Source: Leptolyngbyaceae cyanobacterium (GTDB taxonomy: Bacteria > Cyanobacteriota > Cyanobacteriia > Phormidesmidales > Phormidesmidaceae). Taken from it: a stretch of 64,000 nucleotides of DNA. The notes beneath the pieces were generated by a model, which saw nothing but the letters and a program-made list of their open reading frames with translations, did not search any database and was not told the origin of the DNA. Below, in pieces: positions 32,301 to 41,654 of this stretch (its first letter is position 1; the number at the start of each line of letters is the position of its first letter). Location: NCBI GenBank assembly GCA_965263355.1, contig CBDHHL010000032.1, forward strand, positions 2,016,001 to 2,080,000, given 5' to 3'. The position numbers and the translations under genes were made by a program.

Positions 32301-34363
32301 ACATAGGGTTCCTGTTGTATACAGGTTTTTACTTCATCGGGAGACGCGAGTAACACATAGCTGCGCCAGCGCAAATCACTGGCATCAGGCCAATGGGATT
32401 GAATGATATTTTGTGCCCCGGCCAATCGCGACTTAAATAACTGTGATTGATGGACAAACTCACTACCATAGTCTGCATTAGCCCACACATCTAGAGCATA
32501 CATCATGGTACTCTCTCCCATGCTGTAACCAAATGCGGACTGGGGTTTGACCTTAAAGATCTTGTGAATAATTTCTGTGAATAATACCGAAAATCCAGTC
32601 CCTGTTTCTAGCAGCACCAGTGGTAATTCATTCAGCTTTGCTTCTAGACCTTCCAGCTCACGCCGTGAGAGTCGTCGCTGACTTTTAGGATAAAGCTGTT
32701 GTACTTGAAAAAAGGCTAACGGATTGGAGCTTAAGCGATCAGCCCGCTCAAATAGGGCAGGAAACCGATGAAACAACGTTTGTCCCATCCCCAGATAGGA
32801 GTTAAAGGCACCAGGGTAAACAAATGCAACCCCTCCCCACTGTCCCTGGGGACGAGCGGTAAAGTAGCTACCCCCAGGACTTTTCCAGTCCTGACCCTGG
32901 GCAAACGCCTGTTTGATCCCTAAACGAGCGCGGTGTATTTCTTTGTACAGTTTCTCTTTAGAACTACCTACTAGGACCACAGCGTAGGGCAATTGCGAAT
33001 TATCAGTTAGGCTTATTTGTTGTGCCAACGCCGCCAGGTTGTCGGTTGCCTCAAGCTGTTGTTCTAGCTGAGTTAATCGGACCATTAATGCTGATTGATC
33101 GGCAGCTGCGATCGCAAACAGTCCCAAAAAGGTAGTGGGTAAATTGGGTTTACACGGATGGTGGGCTTCACTTAGCAACAGATGACCGTAACAACTGTTG
33201 ACAGCGGCTCGTCGCGATAATTGTGGGCCAGCCACCAGCCAAGGGAGAGCCTTGGTGGCCACATAAAACGGACTGTTCTGCCAAAGGTCAGGCTGACGTG
33301 GGCTTTGCCACTGCGGTACTGGCGGTAAATATCGATGATACAGACACAACCCGGTATGAATTATCCCCAGTAAGTCGGCAACAGGTCCTGTATCTCCGAG
33401 ATTGGACTTAACACTACCCACAGCACAGGTCAACTCTGCTGGCTCTTGCCCATAGGCCTGGGCTAATCCGGTCAACTCAATATTGTCAAGGCTAGCATCA
33501 CCACTGGATACCAGCTCTATATAGTCAACAGCGGTTGACTCTACCCCAGTCTGTTGCATTACTTGCTGAACACGTCGGGCCACCATCTCAGCACTATTAA
33601 AAGAGGGGTGACAATGGGATGTTGCTTCAATTACCGCATAAATACGATCCCCCGATTGAATCGCCTTTTCATAGGATTTGAGCAGGATAGCGGCGGCACC
33701 TTCACCAGGGTAGTTTTCTTTGGCCGAGGCATCATAACTAAACGCAGCATCTCCCACTACGGCTGCACCACTGAGTAAATGGGAAGCACCAATGGCAACC
33801 GCCTCTACTTCACCAGCCGTCAACATTAATTGCGCTCGGTCAATGGCCTTAAAGGCAAAGTCATTCCCCGGCTCAAGGGTAAGGGCTGTGGAACGACACC
33901 CCCACAACTTGCCTAGTTTATAGGCCATAGGACTATGGGCCTGTTGGGGGGGGGTTATGGATTTCTGCTGACGTAATTCATCATGGTGAGACGCTTTTCC
34001 AGCTGCAACAGACACTACGGGTGCTAATGTTTCAACTGATTGCTGAATAGTCGAGTCTGGATAGATAACGGCTAATTTAGCCAGCCCATGGGAATTACTT
34101 TGACCCACAGCCCGATTAAGTACTGTCAGTAAAAGTAACTGTTGAGGATCAAGTTGTTCCAAATCCTTAGGGGGGATTTTTAGCTCAAATGCATCTATCT
34201 CAAAATCTTGCAAGTAAGCACCTGGAGGAATATCTGGCAATGTTTCTGGCCCAGGTGTCGAAAAATGTTGTTGACCTTCATAGCTACTTTGCAACAAGAT
34301 ATCAATACCTTGACAGGATCCAACAAAGGTTTCCATCCCTACAATTGCCAGTTTGATCGTCAT
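29369..34363 (-). CDS. PfaB/C-like protein: degenerate KS/CLF - AT - two FabA-type dehydratase regions
   Basis: KS-fold remnants without active Cys; AT GYSMGE; two FabA-like sites CHFKNDPTMPG and FHFYNDPVMPG; AAGGAG RBS before ATG 34363. Confidence 0.88.
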   Translation of the reverse strand: MTIKLAIVGMETFVGSCQGIDILLQSSYEGQQHFSTPGPETLPDIPPGAYLQDFEIDAFELKIPPKDLEQLDPQQLLLLTVLNRAVGQSNSHGLAKLAVIYPDSTIQQSVETLAPVVSVAAGKASHHDELRQQKSITPPQQAHSPMAYKLGKLWGCRSTALTLEPGNDFAFKAIDRAQLMLTAGEVEAVAIGASHLLSGAAVVGDAAFSYDASAKENYPGEGAAAILLKSYEKAIQSGDRIYAVIEATSHCHPSFNSAEMVARRVQQVMQQTGVESTAVDYIELVSSGDASLDNIELTGLAQAYGQEPAELTCAVGSVKSNLGDTGPVADLLGIIHTGLCLYHRYLPPVPQWQSPRQPDLWQNSPFYVATKALPWLVAGPQLSRRAAVNSCYGHLLLSEAHHPCKPNLPTTFLGLFAIAAADQSALMVRLTQLEQQLEATDNLAALAQQISLTDNSQLPYAVVLVGSSKEKLYKEIHRARLGIKQAFAQGQDWKSPGGSYFTARPQGQWGGVAFVYPGAFNSYLGMGQTLFHRFPALFERADRLSSNPLAFFQVQQLYPKSQRRLSRRELEGLEAKLNELPLVLLETGTGFSVLFTEIIHKIFKVKPQSAFGYSMGESTMMYALDVWANADYGSEFVHQSQLFKSRLAGAQNIIQSHWPDASDLRWRSYVLLASPDEVKTCIQQEPYVYLTHINTAQEVVIGGTADACQRVIAALGCESFRSPANLVLHCEAMASAYPDLFALNHVPSLNPSDIRFYTSANNRPLSLDKETIAHHLATGICQPLDFPKLVNQVYADGARIFIELGSGGTCTRWIGEILSQQDHTVVGINRRGTNDYTAIVKVLAQLVSHRVPLDLSPLYAESTPPPKLPQRISLPLSRPSGDNVAREKNAILTVAEITEITEERVSRLFGPDYATVDGYLRRVRLPSPPYQFVSRVTELSGERGNYKTGVVETEYDLPPTPWYAVDGQVPIGVCAEAGHGLLLLLSYLGSDFESLGQRSFRLLDLCSEFFAVQPEKLQTLRYRVKITSHVKTTKSLLIFFEGECWADGTRWMRLSGGCAGLFSDEELADGQGIVGQPKAIPAAENPFLPLLNSGKVALNQSEILQLSQGNLAVLGAAYGHDNNPSLRLPPAQLLMVDQVLTLDATGGGAGLGQVTGSKVVTPDDWYFQCHFKNDPTMPGSLMVEGGSQLLQIYLLWLGLQTRTQAATFQPLPDCKVAFQFRGQVTPATGTLHYQVDIVQIGLVPCPFAIANIRVSWGDKVIATIDNLGLQIYGKPVSQPVPKPSVVKPVAFDDQSLKTLAMGRVADCLGPDFAMFDQRRCVRIPNRDFQLVSRVLEVPAERQLKPGAKIITEYDVAPDAWFYQQNNYPHLPYCAHIEIAGQPCIFLGLYLDTPLLSPSEDLYFRNIDGQATVLKEIDLRGKTITDEVELTSAHVLEGTILQSFAYQLSCEGDPFYRGTMVFGYFSDQVLANQSGLDNNQLQPTWYESAGATGETLILQDAAIRQRFYQAPAQRPHGRLATGYFDLLDRAIVVPGGGTHQQGYIYGEKAISSSNWYFPFHFYNDPVMPGALGVETILQAMQLYALHQGIDQGFKSPRFAQALNHAITWKYRGQITPDNQTLYLEVHVSKVQREAGRITLIGDASLWKETMRIYAIQNIALCIQEA

Positions 34364-34398
34364 TGACCCCAATCTCCTTTTATCTCTGATTTCTGGTC

Positions 34399-36168
34399 TT
34401 AACTGGCGAGTGCAACAGTCTTCGCGGAGTAGACATTTTCTAAGAATCGCTCCTTAAGACGGGGACTCTTCACAACCTGCATTTCTTCAACTTGTATACA
34501 CACCTCACCAGATGCATTACGAGCTGTGGCATTGGCCGTAACCGTACTATTATCTTCAGCCAAAATCTCAAGTGAAAGCTCAAATAGTTGATCGAACAGT
34601 AGAGGCTTAAACTGTTTTAAGCTTTTTAGCTGGGCGGGAAGGCTGGCCAAACCTCGCTGTTTTCTCACCCACACTAGCAAACCTTGGAAAAAGACATCAG
34701 CTGTGTAAGGATTAAAAGATTGCACCTGAAATTGCCCCTGTTGCCAGGGATCAAGGGTGGGTAAATAGCACTGACAGCGGAGCTGTTTTTCATCTAGCTC
34801 AAGTACGCTGCGGATACTTTGAAACGCTGGTTGATGAAAGAGAGTACCGTCTTGATAAAGAGAGGAGACGTCCATAGAGGGGTGCGATCGCACAGCGGCC
34901 ATCACAAATAGCGATTCTGAGGGTTGGGCCGCTGGATCTTTTAATAAACGCAAACGGGAGCGGTAGTGATACCGTGGCATTTTTCTGGCACTTTCACTCC
35001 AAACCACAGCTTCTAAGATAATAGTGTCTTTATCTGACTGTTTTTCAGTTAAGTCCAAGCGATAGAGCGGTGCCAGAGTCTCATCAAAGACAATTCCTTT
35101 AAGTACCTTAAAGTCCTGTACTTCAGCAAATCGATACCCTGGGTAACACTGCTCACCTAAATTAGCAATCCAGCCTAATCCACACATAGCCGGCAACACA
35201 GGTTGATGACCAATGACATGGTTCACAACAAATGGATTAGCCGCTAGAGTGATTTTGCGCTGTACTCGATGACTATAGTCATTTCCATAAGGACTCCCCG
35301 TCGGCAATGTAATCGGACGGCTCATAACGGTTAACTGTGGCTCCTTAGACTCTTCCCTGGCTAGTTCCGCAACCACCACCTTAGCTCCAAATTCAGGCGG
35401 GATAAGGGCCATATCGAGCTGTGCAAAATGTTGTTTTAGCTCAGCCGTAACCATGCCGCCATCCCAGGGACCCCAACCAATGGCCACCACTTTGCAATTG
35501 GGATAACGCTGCTGCAAGCGATGAGCCGATTTATTTAAGATCTCATTGGCCAAGGCATAATCTGCCTGACCAGCATTGCCATAAAGACCTACAAAGGATG
35601 AAAATAAGATCAAAAAATCTAGCTGCTCAGGCTCCACACTGCTCAGTAGATTATTTAACCCCGTCACCTTAGTATTATAGACTCGCTCAAAATCTTGCTC
35701 GGTTTTTTGTTCAATCCGTTTATCGGCTAAGGCCCCTGCTCCGTGAATAATGCCAGTGATCGGGCCTAGGGTTGCGATGGTCTTAGCAATAACCTGGCTA
35801 AGCGCCTCTCCATTGGTAACATCAACACTTATATATTCGGCTTTACCCCCTACTTTCTCAATCGCCTGGAGGGTGCCCATGATCTCTCGATAGGTTTTAA
35901 TAGCGCGATATTGTCGCTGCACAACTAGTGGTTTTGGCTTCTGGCCCTGGGCCAAAAGCACCTGCATAATTTGTCGTTTGAGTTCGGCTTCATCCTCCAA
36001 GCCTACTGCCCAGGCAGGTTCCCCTTGAGAAATTGACGAGCGCCCCAACAACACAAACTGACAGTGATATTGGCGAGCAAGTTCGATTACACATTGAGCA
36101 GTCACCCCCCGCGCACCACCGCTAACCATGATGACAGAGTTTGAGTGAATCTTTGTCGGCGTAGACAT
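34399..36168 (-). CDS. KR-DH didomain (HglG / PfaA C-terminal-like)
   Basis: GGARGVT, GQADYALAN, WGPWDGGMV; DH NHVIGHQPVLP. Confidence 0.9.
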   Translation of the reverse strand: MSTPTKIHSNSVIMVSGGARGVTAQCVIELARQYHCQFVLLGRSSISQGEPAWAVGLEDEAELKRQIMQVLLAQGQKPKPLVVQRQYRAIKTYREIMGTLQAIEKVGGKAEYISVDVTNGEALSQVIAKTIATLGPITGIIHGAGALADKRIEQKTEQDFERVYNTKVTGLNNLLSSVEPEQLDFLILFSSFVGLYGNAGQADYALANEILNKSAHRLQQRYPNCKVVAIGWGPWDGGMVTAELKQHFAQLDMALIPPEFGAKVVVAELAREESKEPQLTVMSRPITLPTGSPYGNDYSHRVQRKITLAANPFVVNHVIGHQPVLPAMCGLGWIANLGEQCYPGYRFAEVQDFKVLKGIVFDETLAPLYRLDLTEKQSDKDTIILEAVVWSESARKMPRYHYRSRLRLLKDPAAQPSESLFVMAAVRSHPSMDVSSLYQDGTLFHQPAFQSIRSVLELDEKQLRCQCYLPTLDPWQQGQFQVQSFNPYTADVFFQGLLVWVRKQRGLASLPAQLKSLKQFKPLLFDQLFELSLEILAEDNSTVTANATARNASGEVCIQVEEMQVVKSPRLKERFLENVYSAKTVALAS

Positions 36169-36301
36169 AATTTAGGTAACAGTAACAGCAGCTAAATAAA
36201 TTAGGAGCGAGGATTCAATAACTTCCAAGATTGTGGTAGCTCATGCATTGTCTTACTCACGTTTGAGTCAATGATTAAGCAATTTATTGGATCCTCGATA
36301 C

Positions 36302-36982
36302 TTAGGCAGTTGTGGCAAGACATGTCAGTGTTACACGCCCTAACTGTCCATAACCAACTTCACGGATAAACACATTAGGGTCATGTATTTCCGCAATCAG
36401 CGCGTTAGCAGCCTCAATGGACGAAAGCTCTGGGCTAACATCAATTGCTCGACAGAAAACCGTAGGCCATTCTAACCGCAGAGTTTTAGTGAGCCCAAAC
36501 AGGCCACCCCCCACTACTCGATAGGGTAATCTTCCTAAACCAAGTTCACCATCTAAGCGTGTCAAGGTAATAAAACTTCGTCGTTCTTGATGTTCAGACC
36601 GAGTCAAAAAGGGCTGCAGTTGTTTAGCCAAAAAGAATACGGCTTTAACCAAGCCCTTGTTTGAAACAGGTTCTTGAGGATGCAGATGAATAAAGGTATG
36701 GATAGTTCCATAGGCTTGCTCAATAGCCAACAGCTGTTGGCGTGTACGAGTCTCATCAGCGATATCTAAAGCCACCGATCTAACAGTCTTCGTATCAAGT
36801 GACGTGTTTCTCTTGACCAAATCCTCAGGAAGTGTTAGTACAACCACTGGCCACCCTTGATCACCCAGACGTTGAATAACTTGTGCTGTTAGCGGTGAAC
36901 CATCGTCAGTCACTAAACAGGCCCCTAAGTGAGGCAGTTGAAACTCCAGGTAATCAGGGGCAGGCAGTAGCATAGGTCTCAC
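36302..36982 (-). CDS. KR structural subdomain (HglF-like); frame is open upstream to the A10 run at 37036-37045
   Basis: LPAPDYLEF, TRLDGELG, GLFGLTKTLRLEWPTVFCRAID motifs of PfaA/HglF. Confidence 0.8.
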   Translation of the reverse strand: MRPMLLPAPDYLEFQLPHLGACLVTDDGSPLTAQVIQRLGDQGWPVVVLTLPEDLVKRNTSLDTKTVRSVALDIADETRTRQQLLAIEQAYGTIHTFIHLHPQEPVSNKGLVKAVFFLAKQLQPFLTRSEHQERRSFITLTRLDGELGLGRLPYRVVGGGLFGLTKTLRLEWPTVFCRAIDVSPELSSIEAANALIAEIHDPNVFIREVGYGQLGRVTLTCLATTA

Positions 36983-37008
36983 TGGATAACGTTTAAGCGA
37001 CGGATGGT

Positions 37009-40000
37009 CTAGAGAGAGAGCGCTGGCTCCACTGATTTTTTTTTTCCGAGCTGTTGTACTAAATAATCAACAATCTGTTGTAAAGTACGAAGTTCTCCCA
37101 GAGCCTCTGTGCTGAGTTTAGGTAGGTCAGTCAGAGTATCCTGCACTCGGCCCATAATCTCAACACGCTTAATCGAATCAATTCCTAAGTCAGCCTCCAA
37201 GTCCATATCCAGCTCTAGCATTTCTGCAGGGTAACCGGTTTTTTCACTGACGGATGCCAACAGAGTCTTGGCTACATCATCTTGCAGAGCCTTATTGTCA
37301 GGGGTATTACTCGGAGCGGTTGTTTCAACCGATGGCATTTCTGCTGCTGGAGCAACTGTCGGGCTAACAGCTACAGGAGGAGCAACTGGTGCGGGAGGAG
37401 CAGCTGGTGCGGGAGGGGTCACCGAGAACTCTGAAGGCGCAGTAAATTGGATAGAATCATTGCCTTCAGACACAGAGGGGTTTACTGCTAAAGGAAGCTC
37501 ATTATTCTGATTGACTGGATTTGGCTCCTTCGAAGCTGACTTAGCAGGAGCTAATGGGGCAGCAGCAGGAGGTACCGTTGGCAACTGTTGTAAAACATTT
37601 GTTGAACCAGGCAAACTACCCTGCTGTATCTGCTGGACTATCTGCAAAAAGGCTTGGGAACAGCCTGCCTGATCTTTGAGGTATTGTTCATGAACGCGAA
37701 GAATTTCAGACTGATGAGAACAAAATTGGGTTAATAGATTTTCGAATGTAGTACCTGATAAATCGCTGGTTTGGGAGTTAAAGTCTGTCATAGTTTCAGT
37801 GTTCAGAGAGTAACTATCAAAATCGTCATCAATCAATGGGTCTGCGACAGATATAGGAACTATTAGATCAGGCGCAGTTTGAGTCTCAGCTGGTGGCTTG
37901 GAAATCACCTCAGCTGCCTCTTCTACAACAGGTATATCTGCATTGTCTGCATTGGGTGCATTGTCTGCATTGGGTGAAACATTGGACAAATTAACTTGAT
38001 GATTATCCAATAAGGCCTCTGCAAATTTCTGCTTAGTCTTATCGCTAACATAGTTGTTGCCATTTAAGGGAATGGACAACCGTGCTTTTTTAGTCGTTTT
38101 AGGTAATGGTGGATCAAGCTGGTAAAAATCAATGTTTTTCAATGGCAATCCAGCTACCTGCAACTGTACCACCGCTTGTCTTAACTGCAAATCACTATCT
38201 TTCTGACGACTGGGATTTAAGGCAACCGCAAAATGAGGACGGTCACCTAAAATACTTTCCACCAACCCTGTCAGAATACGACGGGGGCCAATCTCAATAA
38301 AACAGTCTCCACCTTGGGCATAGATATTCTCAATTTCCTGCTCAAACCGAACGGGCTTTATCAAGTGTTCCTTCAAGATTGCCTTGATTGCCTCAGGCTC
38401 TGCTGGATAGGCTTCGCCAGTTGTATTTGAATAGACTGGGATTGTTGGTGACTTAAATGTAATTGAGTCAATTGCTTCAGCTAATGGCTGACTGGCATGA
38501 CGAATAAATGGGGAATGGAACGCTGCAGAAACTGGCAAGAGCTTAACGTCATAACCACGGTTATTGAAAATTTGTTGTACAGCTGCAATTTCTGGCTTAC
38601 TACCCGATAAAACCACCTGGTTAGGGGCATTGTAATTGGCAATGATTACATGGGAAAGATTTTGAATTACAGCTTCAATTTCACTGATCTCTCCCATCAC
38701 TGACAGCATTGCACTGGCTTCACAGTGATGAGCCTGCGGTGATGGCGTCGCCATTGCCTCTCCCCGAGCTTTGACTAGCTCAAAATAATCCTCATCGCTA
38801 AGGACCTGAGCTGCCCATAGTGCAGTAATTTCACCAAAGCTATGCCCCGCCACAAAATTGGGTTGCAAATTGGCCTGTTGCAAAATTCTATACAGTCCAA
38901 CACTTAAGGCTCCAATGGCTGGCTGGGCATTACGAGTGCACTGTAGCGCCTCTGTTTCCTCTATTTCTAATGCGCTCTCAAAGGCTGGTCGTGGAAACAC
39001 AACCTGTGAGAGAGGGGATTGACCATCACGGATGAATAAATCATCCATACGCTTGTAGGCTTGATGCACCGGTGGAAAATCAATCGCTAGCTTGCGCCCC
39101 ATATTGAGATATTGTGAGCCCTGACCAGGAAACAGAGCAACCACCCGACCGTTAAGCTGCATTCCCTGTTTGCGATAGTAAAGCCCTCTTGGGTGCTCCC
39201 ATTTCTCTGATTGTGCTTGCCTGTCTAAAAGTTGTACACCAATCTCCAAAAGCTCTTTAAGTTCATCGATGGAATTAATAACCATACCCATGCGGGCTGC
39301 TTCTGTTGGGACCGCAGTCGTCTTGTAGGCAATGACTAAATTCCGATAAACAGTGTCAGCATCCTGATTTTTAAGTTCATATAAGACAGCCTTGCATTTA
39401 TCTTTTAGCTGACTATGATCATCCCCCCATAGCAAAATTGCCTGTGGCACCGAATGTAATCGATAGGCACAGCTGTGAACATGGTCATATTCTTCTAAAA
39501 CAATATGATAGTTTGTTCCACCAAACCCGAACGAACTAACACCTGCTCGGCGTAATGAATCTCCTTCTTGAATCCAGGGTTTCACCTCAGTATTAATGTA
39601 AAAGGGTGAATCTTCGATTTCAAATTTAGGATTAGGCTTAAACACGTTAATGGTCGGAGGCAGAATCTTGTGATGTAGGGATAATACCGCCTTGATTAAA
39701 CTCGCTGAGCCCGCTGCTGCCTTAGTATGGCCAATTTGAGACTTTACACTGCCTAAAGCAATGTATTGCTTTTTAGGATTGTTTTCGCCAAATATTGTTT
39801 TGAGCGATGTAAATTCACAAAGATCGCCTCGCGGAGTTCCGGTGCCATGGGCTTCCATCAAACCAACAGTCGATGGAGAAAACCCTGCATCCTCATAGGC
39901 ACGTCGAAGGGCCAACATTTGCCCTTCAGGTCGAGGCGCATAGATGCTTTTGTAGCGACCATCACTAGATGTCCCAACACCTTTGACAACGGCATAGATA

Positions 40001-40914
40001 CGATCGCCATCCCGTTCGGCATCGTCTAAACGCTTAAGCACCATCATGCCAATGCCTTCACCCACCATCATGCCGTCGGAATCAGCATCAAATGGACTGA
40101 GATGGTCTCGTTTAGAAAAAGCGGGTGTTTTGCTAAAGCACATGTAGTTGAGGATAGAATTATCCGTATCTACTCCACCCGTAATCATTAAATCGCAGCG
40201 TCGCTCGATCAGCTCACCCACAGCCATTTTGAAGGCACTTAGTGAGCTGGCACAAGCAGCGTCGACCGTGCAATTAGTCCCGCCTAAGTCCAATCGATTT
40301 GTAATTCGTCCAGCAACCACATTGGTTAACATGCCAGGGAACGAATTTTCTTGCCAGGGAACGTAAGCAAGCTTGATTTTTTCGATGATCCTGTCACTGT
40401 CCTCGTCGGAAAGTCCACTACTTTTAAGGACCTTTTTCCAAATGGGATACTGGAGTCGGCTGGTTAGTGGTGTGATCATTTTCCAAAGACCACTGGCCCC
40501 TAAAACCACTCCAGTTGTTTCTCGATTAAACTCCCGCGATTCGCTATAGCCAGCATCGTCTAATGCAGCCTTAGCGACAATTAAAGACAGTAATTGAGCT
40601 GAATCGATAGCTTCTAGACTATCAGGGGGCAATCCAAACTCAAGCGGATCAAAATTAACAGTGGGAAGAAAACCACCTCGACGCGAATAGGTTTTATCGG
40701 CAGCTGCTGGATCTGAATCATAGTACTCTGCTGTGTCCCAGCAGGACTTTGGAACATCAGTAATACAGTCTTTCTTATTGATAATGTTGCACCAGTATTC
40801 CTGCAGATCACGCGCTCCAGGGAATAAAGAGGCCATACCAATAATGGCAATAGGAATACGCTGAAGCTGGCAGTGCCATTCAGTTCGCCCTTGATATGTC
40901 ACTTCGTGTTTCAT
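37009..40914 (-). CDS. pfaA: PfaA/HglE-type iterative synthase: KS-AT-(Pro/Ala linker)-ACP
   Basis: DAACASS, EAHGTGT, KSQIGHTKAAAG; AT GHSFGE/AAFHS; single ACP EKTGYP..DLGIDSIKRVEI. Confidence 0.93.
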   Translation of the reverse strand: MKHEVTYQGRTEWHCQLQRIPIAIIGMASLFPGARDLQEYWCNIINKKDCITDVPKSCWDTAEYYDSDPAAADKTYSRRGGFLPTVNFDPLEFGLPPDSLEAIDSAQLLSLIVAKAALDDAGYSESREFNRETTGVVLGASGLWKMITPLTSRLQYPIWKKVLKSSGLSDEDSDRIIEKIKLAYVPWQENSFPGMLTNVVAGRITNRLDLGGTNCTVDAACASSLSAFKMAVGELIERRCDLMITGGVDTDNSILNYMCFSKTPAFSKRDHLSPFDADSDGMMVGEGIGMMVLKRLDDAERDGDRIYAVVKGVGTSSDGRYKSIYAPRPEGQMLALRRAYEDAGFSPSTVGLMEAHGTGTPRGDLCEFTSLKTIFGENNPKKQYIALGSVKSQIGHTKAAAGSASLIKAVLSLHHKILPPTINVFKPNPKFEIEDSPFYINTEVKPWIQEGDSLRRAGVSSFGFGGTNYHIVLEEYDHVHSCAYRLHSVPQAILLWGDDHSQLKDKCKAVLYELKNQDADTVYRNLVIAYKTTAVPTEAARMGMVINSIDELKELLEIGVQLLDRQAQSEKWEHPRGLYYRKQGMQLNGRVVALFPGQGSQYLNMGRKLAIDFPPVHQAYKRMDDLFIRDGQSPLSQVVFPRPAFESALEIEETEALQCTRNAQPAIGALSVGLYRILQQANLQPNFVAGHSFGEITALWAAQVLSDEDYFELVKARGEAMATPSPQAHHCEASAMLSVMGEISEIEAVIQNLSHVIIANYNAPNQVVLSGSKPEIAAVQQIFNNRGYDVKLLPVSAAFHSPFIRHASQPLAEAIDSITFKSPTIPVYSNTTGEAYPAEPEAIKAILKEHLIKPVRFEQEIENIYAQGGDCFIEIGPRRILTGLVESILGDRPHFAVALNPSRQKDSDLQLRQAVVQLQVAGLPLKNIDFYQLDPPLPKTTKKARLSIPLNGNNYVSDKTKQKFAEALLDNHQVNLSNVSPNADNAPNADNADIPVVEEAAEVISKPPAETQTAPDLIVPISVADPLIDDDFDSYSLNTETMTDFNSQTSDLSGTTFENLLTQFCSHQSEILRVHEQYLKDQAGCSQAFLQIVQQIQQGSLPGSTNVLQQLPTVPPAAAPLAPAKSASKEPNPVNQNNELPLAVNPSVSEGNDSIQFTAPSEFSVTPPAPAAPPAPVAPPVAVSPTVAPAAEMPSVETTAPSNTPDNKALQDDVAKTLLASVSEKTGYPAEMLELDMDLEADLGIDSIKRVEIMGRVQDTLTDLPKLSTEALGELRTLQQIVDYLVQQLGKKKSVEPALSL

Positions 40915-41176
40915 CGGCTCTATTCAACTCGCTACGAAAAGATTTTCTAAACTCAGCAGCTAGATATATCTATTGCCCTTGAATACAATCACTTAGCCAA
41001 AAACAAGAGAATACCTGTGGACGTACGTGTGCCCCATCTAAAATGCTCACAGGATATAAGCCTTTAGATTCAGAGAGATTGAGATATTTGCCCCTATCTC
41101 CATTGCCGCTTTGGAAGGCTCTCATATGAAAGCCTCCTACACTGCTGGCTCTGCTGGAAGATACCTTTACTCCAAG

Positions 41177-41214
41177 AGATTGCCTTAAAAGGCTTAGATT
41201 GCCTTAAAAGACTT
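41177..41214. repeat. 19-bp tandem direct repeat (AGATTGCCTTAAAAGRCTT x2) upstream of pfaA
   Basis: Seen directly; one mismatch between copies. Confidence 0.7.
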
Positions 41215-41654
41215 AAATTCCAGTAGCTAATGGCATCAGAGTACGGATTTTAAAGTCCAAAAAAGCTGGACTTTGACAAGTTGCTATAGGGCATCTGAGC
41301 TAATCAATAACGGCAAAAACAATGGCTAAAAACTTACCTCTGCCTCTTCAGACTCAACAACTTATCAAGTAAGTAACGATTCCAGAGACATTTAGAGTAC
41401 ATCGGATTTAGACCACGCTCTGGACGTGTTAGCTAAACCGAGAGTTACCCAGAAAATCGTTTTTCGATTAAAACAATATTAAATAAAGAGTGTTGCGTAC
41501 ATGTTTGTAAGTAACATGATTACTTTATAAGGATTTCTTTAAAGCAACAATGACCTATCTTTAGGTAAACATGGATTTTTCTTAGGGCACCCCTATGTAT
41601 TCGGGAACCATTGGAAAACTAGCGATTCTCCCATAGTTTCCGAAGTATTTGGGG

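Noticed and set aside
37935..37976. 18-bp tandem repeat in pfaA
   Set aside because: In-frame linker duplication (NADNAP); no sign of special function.
9796..40850. Dozens of short ORFs overlapping PKS/NRPS/pfa genes
   Set aside because: Alternate-frame or antisense shadows with no recognisable motifs.
27798..40914. Canonical heterocyst glycolipid (hgl) or EPA/DHA pfa cluster
   Set aside because: No HglB/HetN/HglT, no active second KS, no tandem ACPs and no PPTase in the window; linked to modular PKS-NRPS genes.
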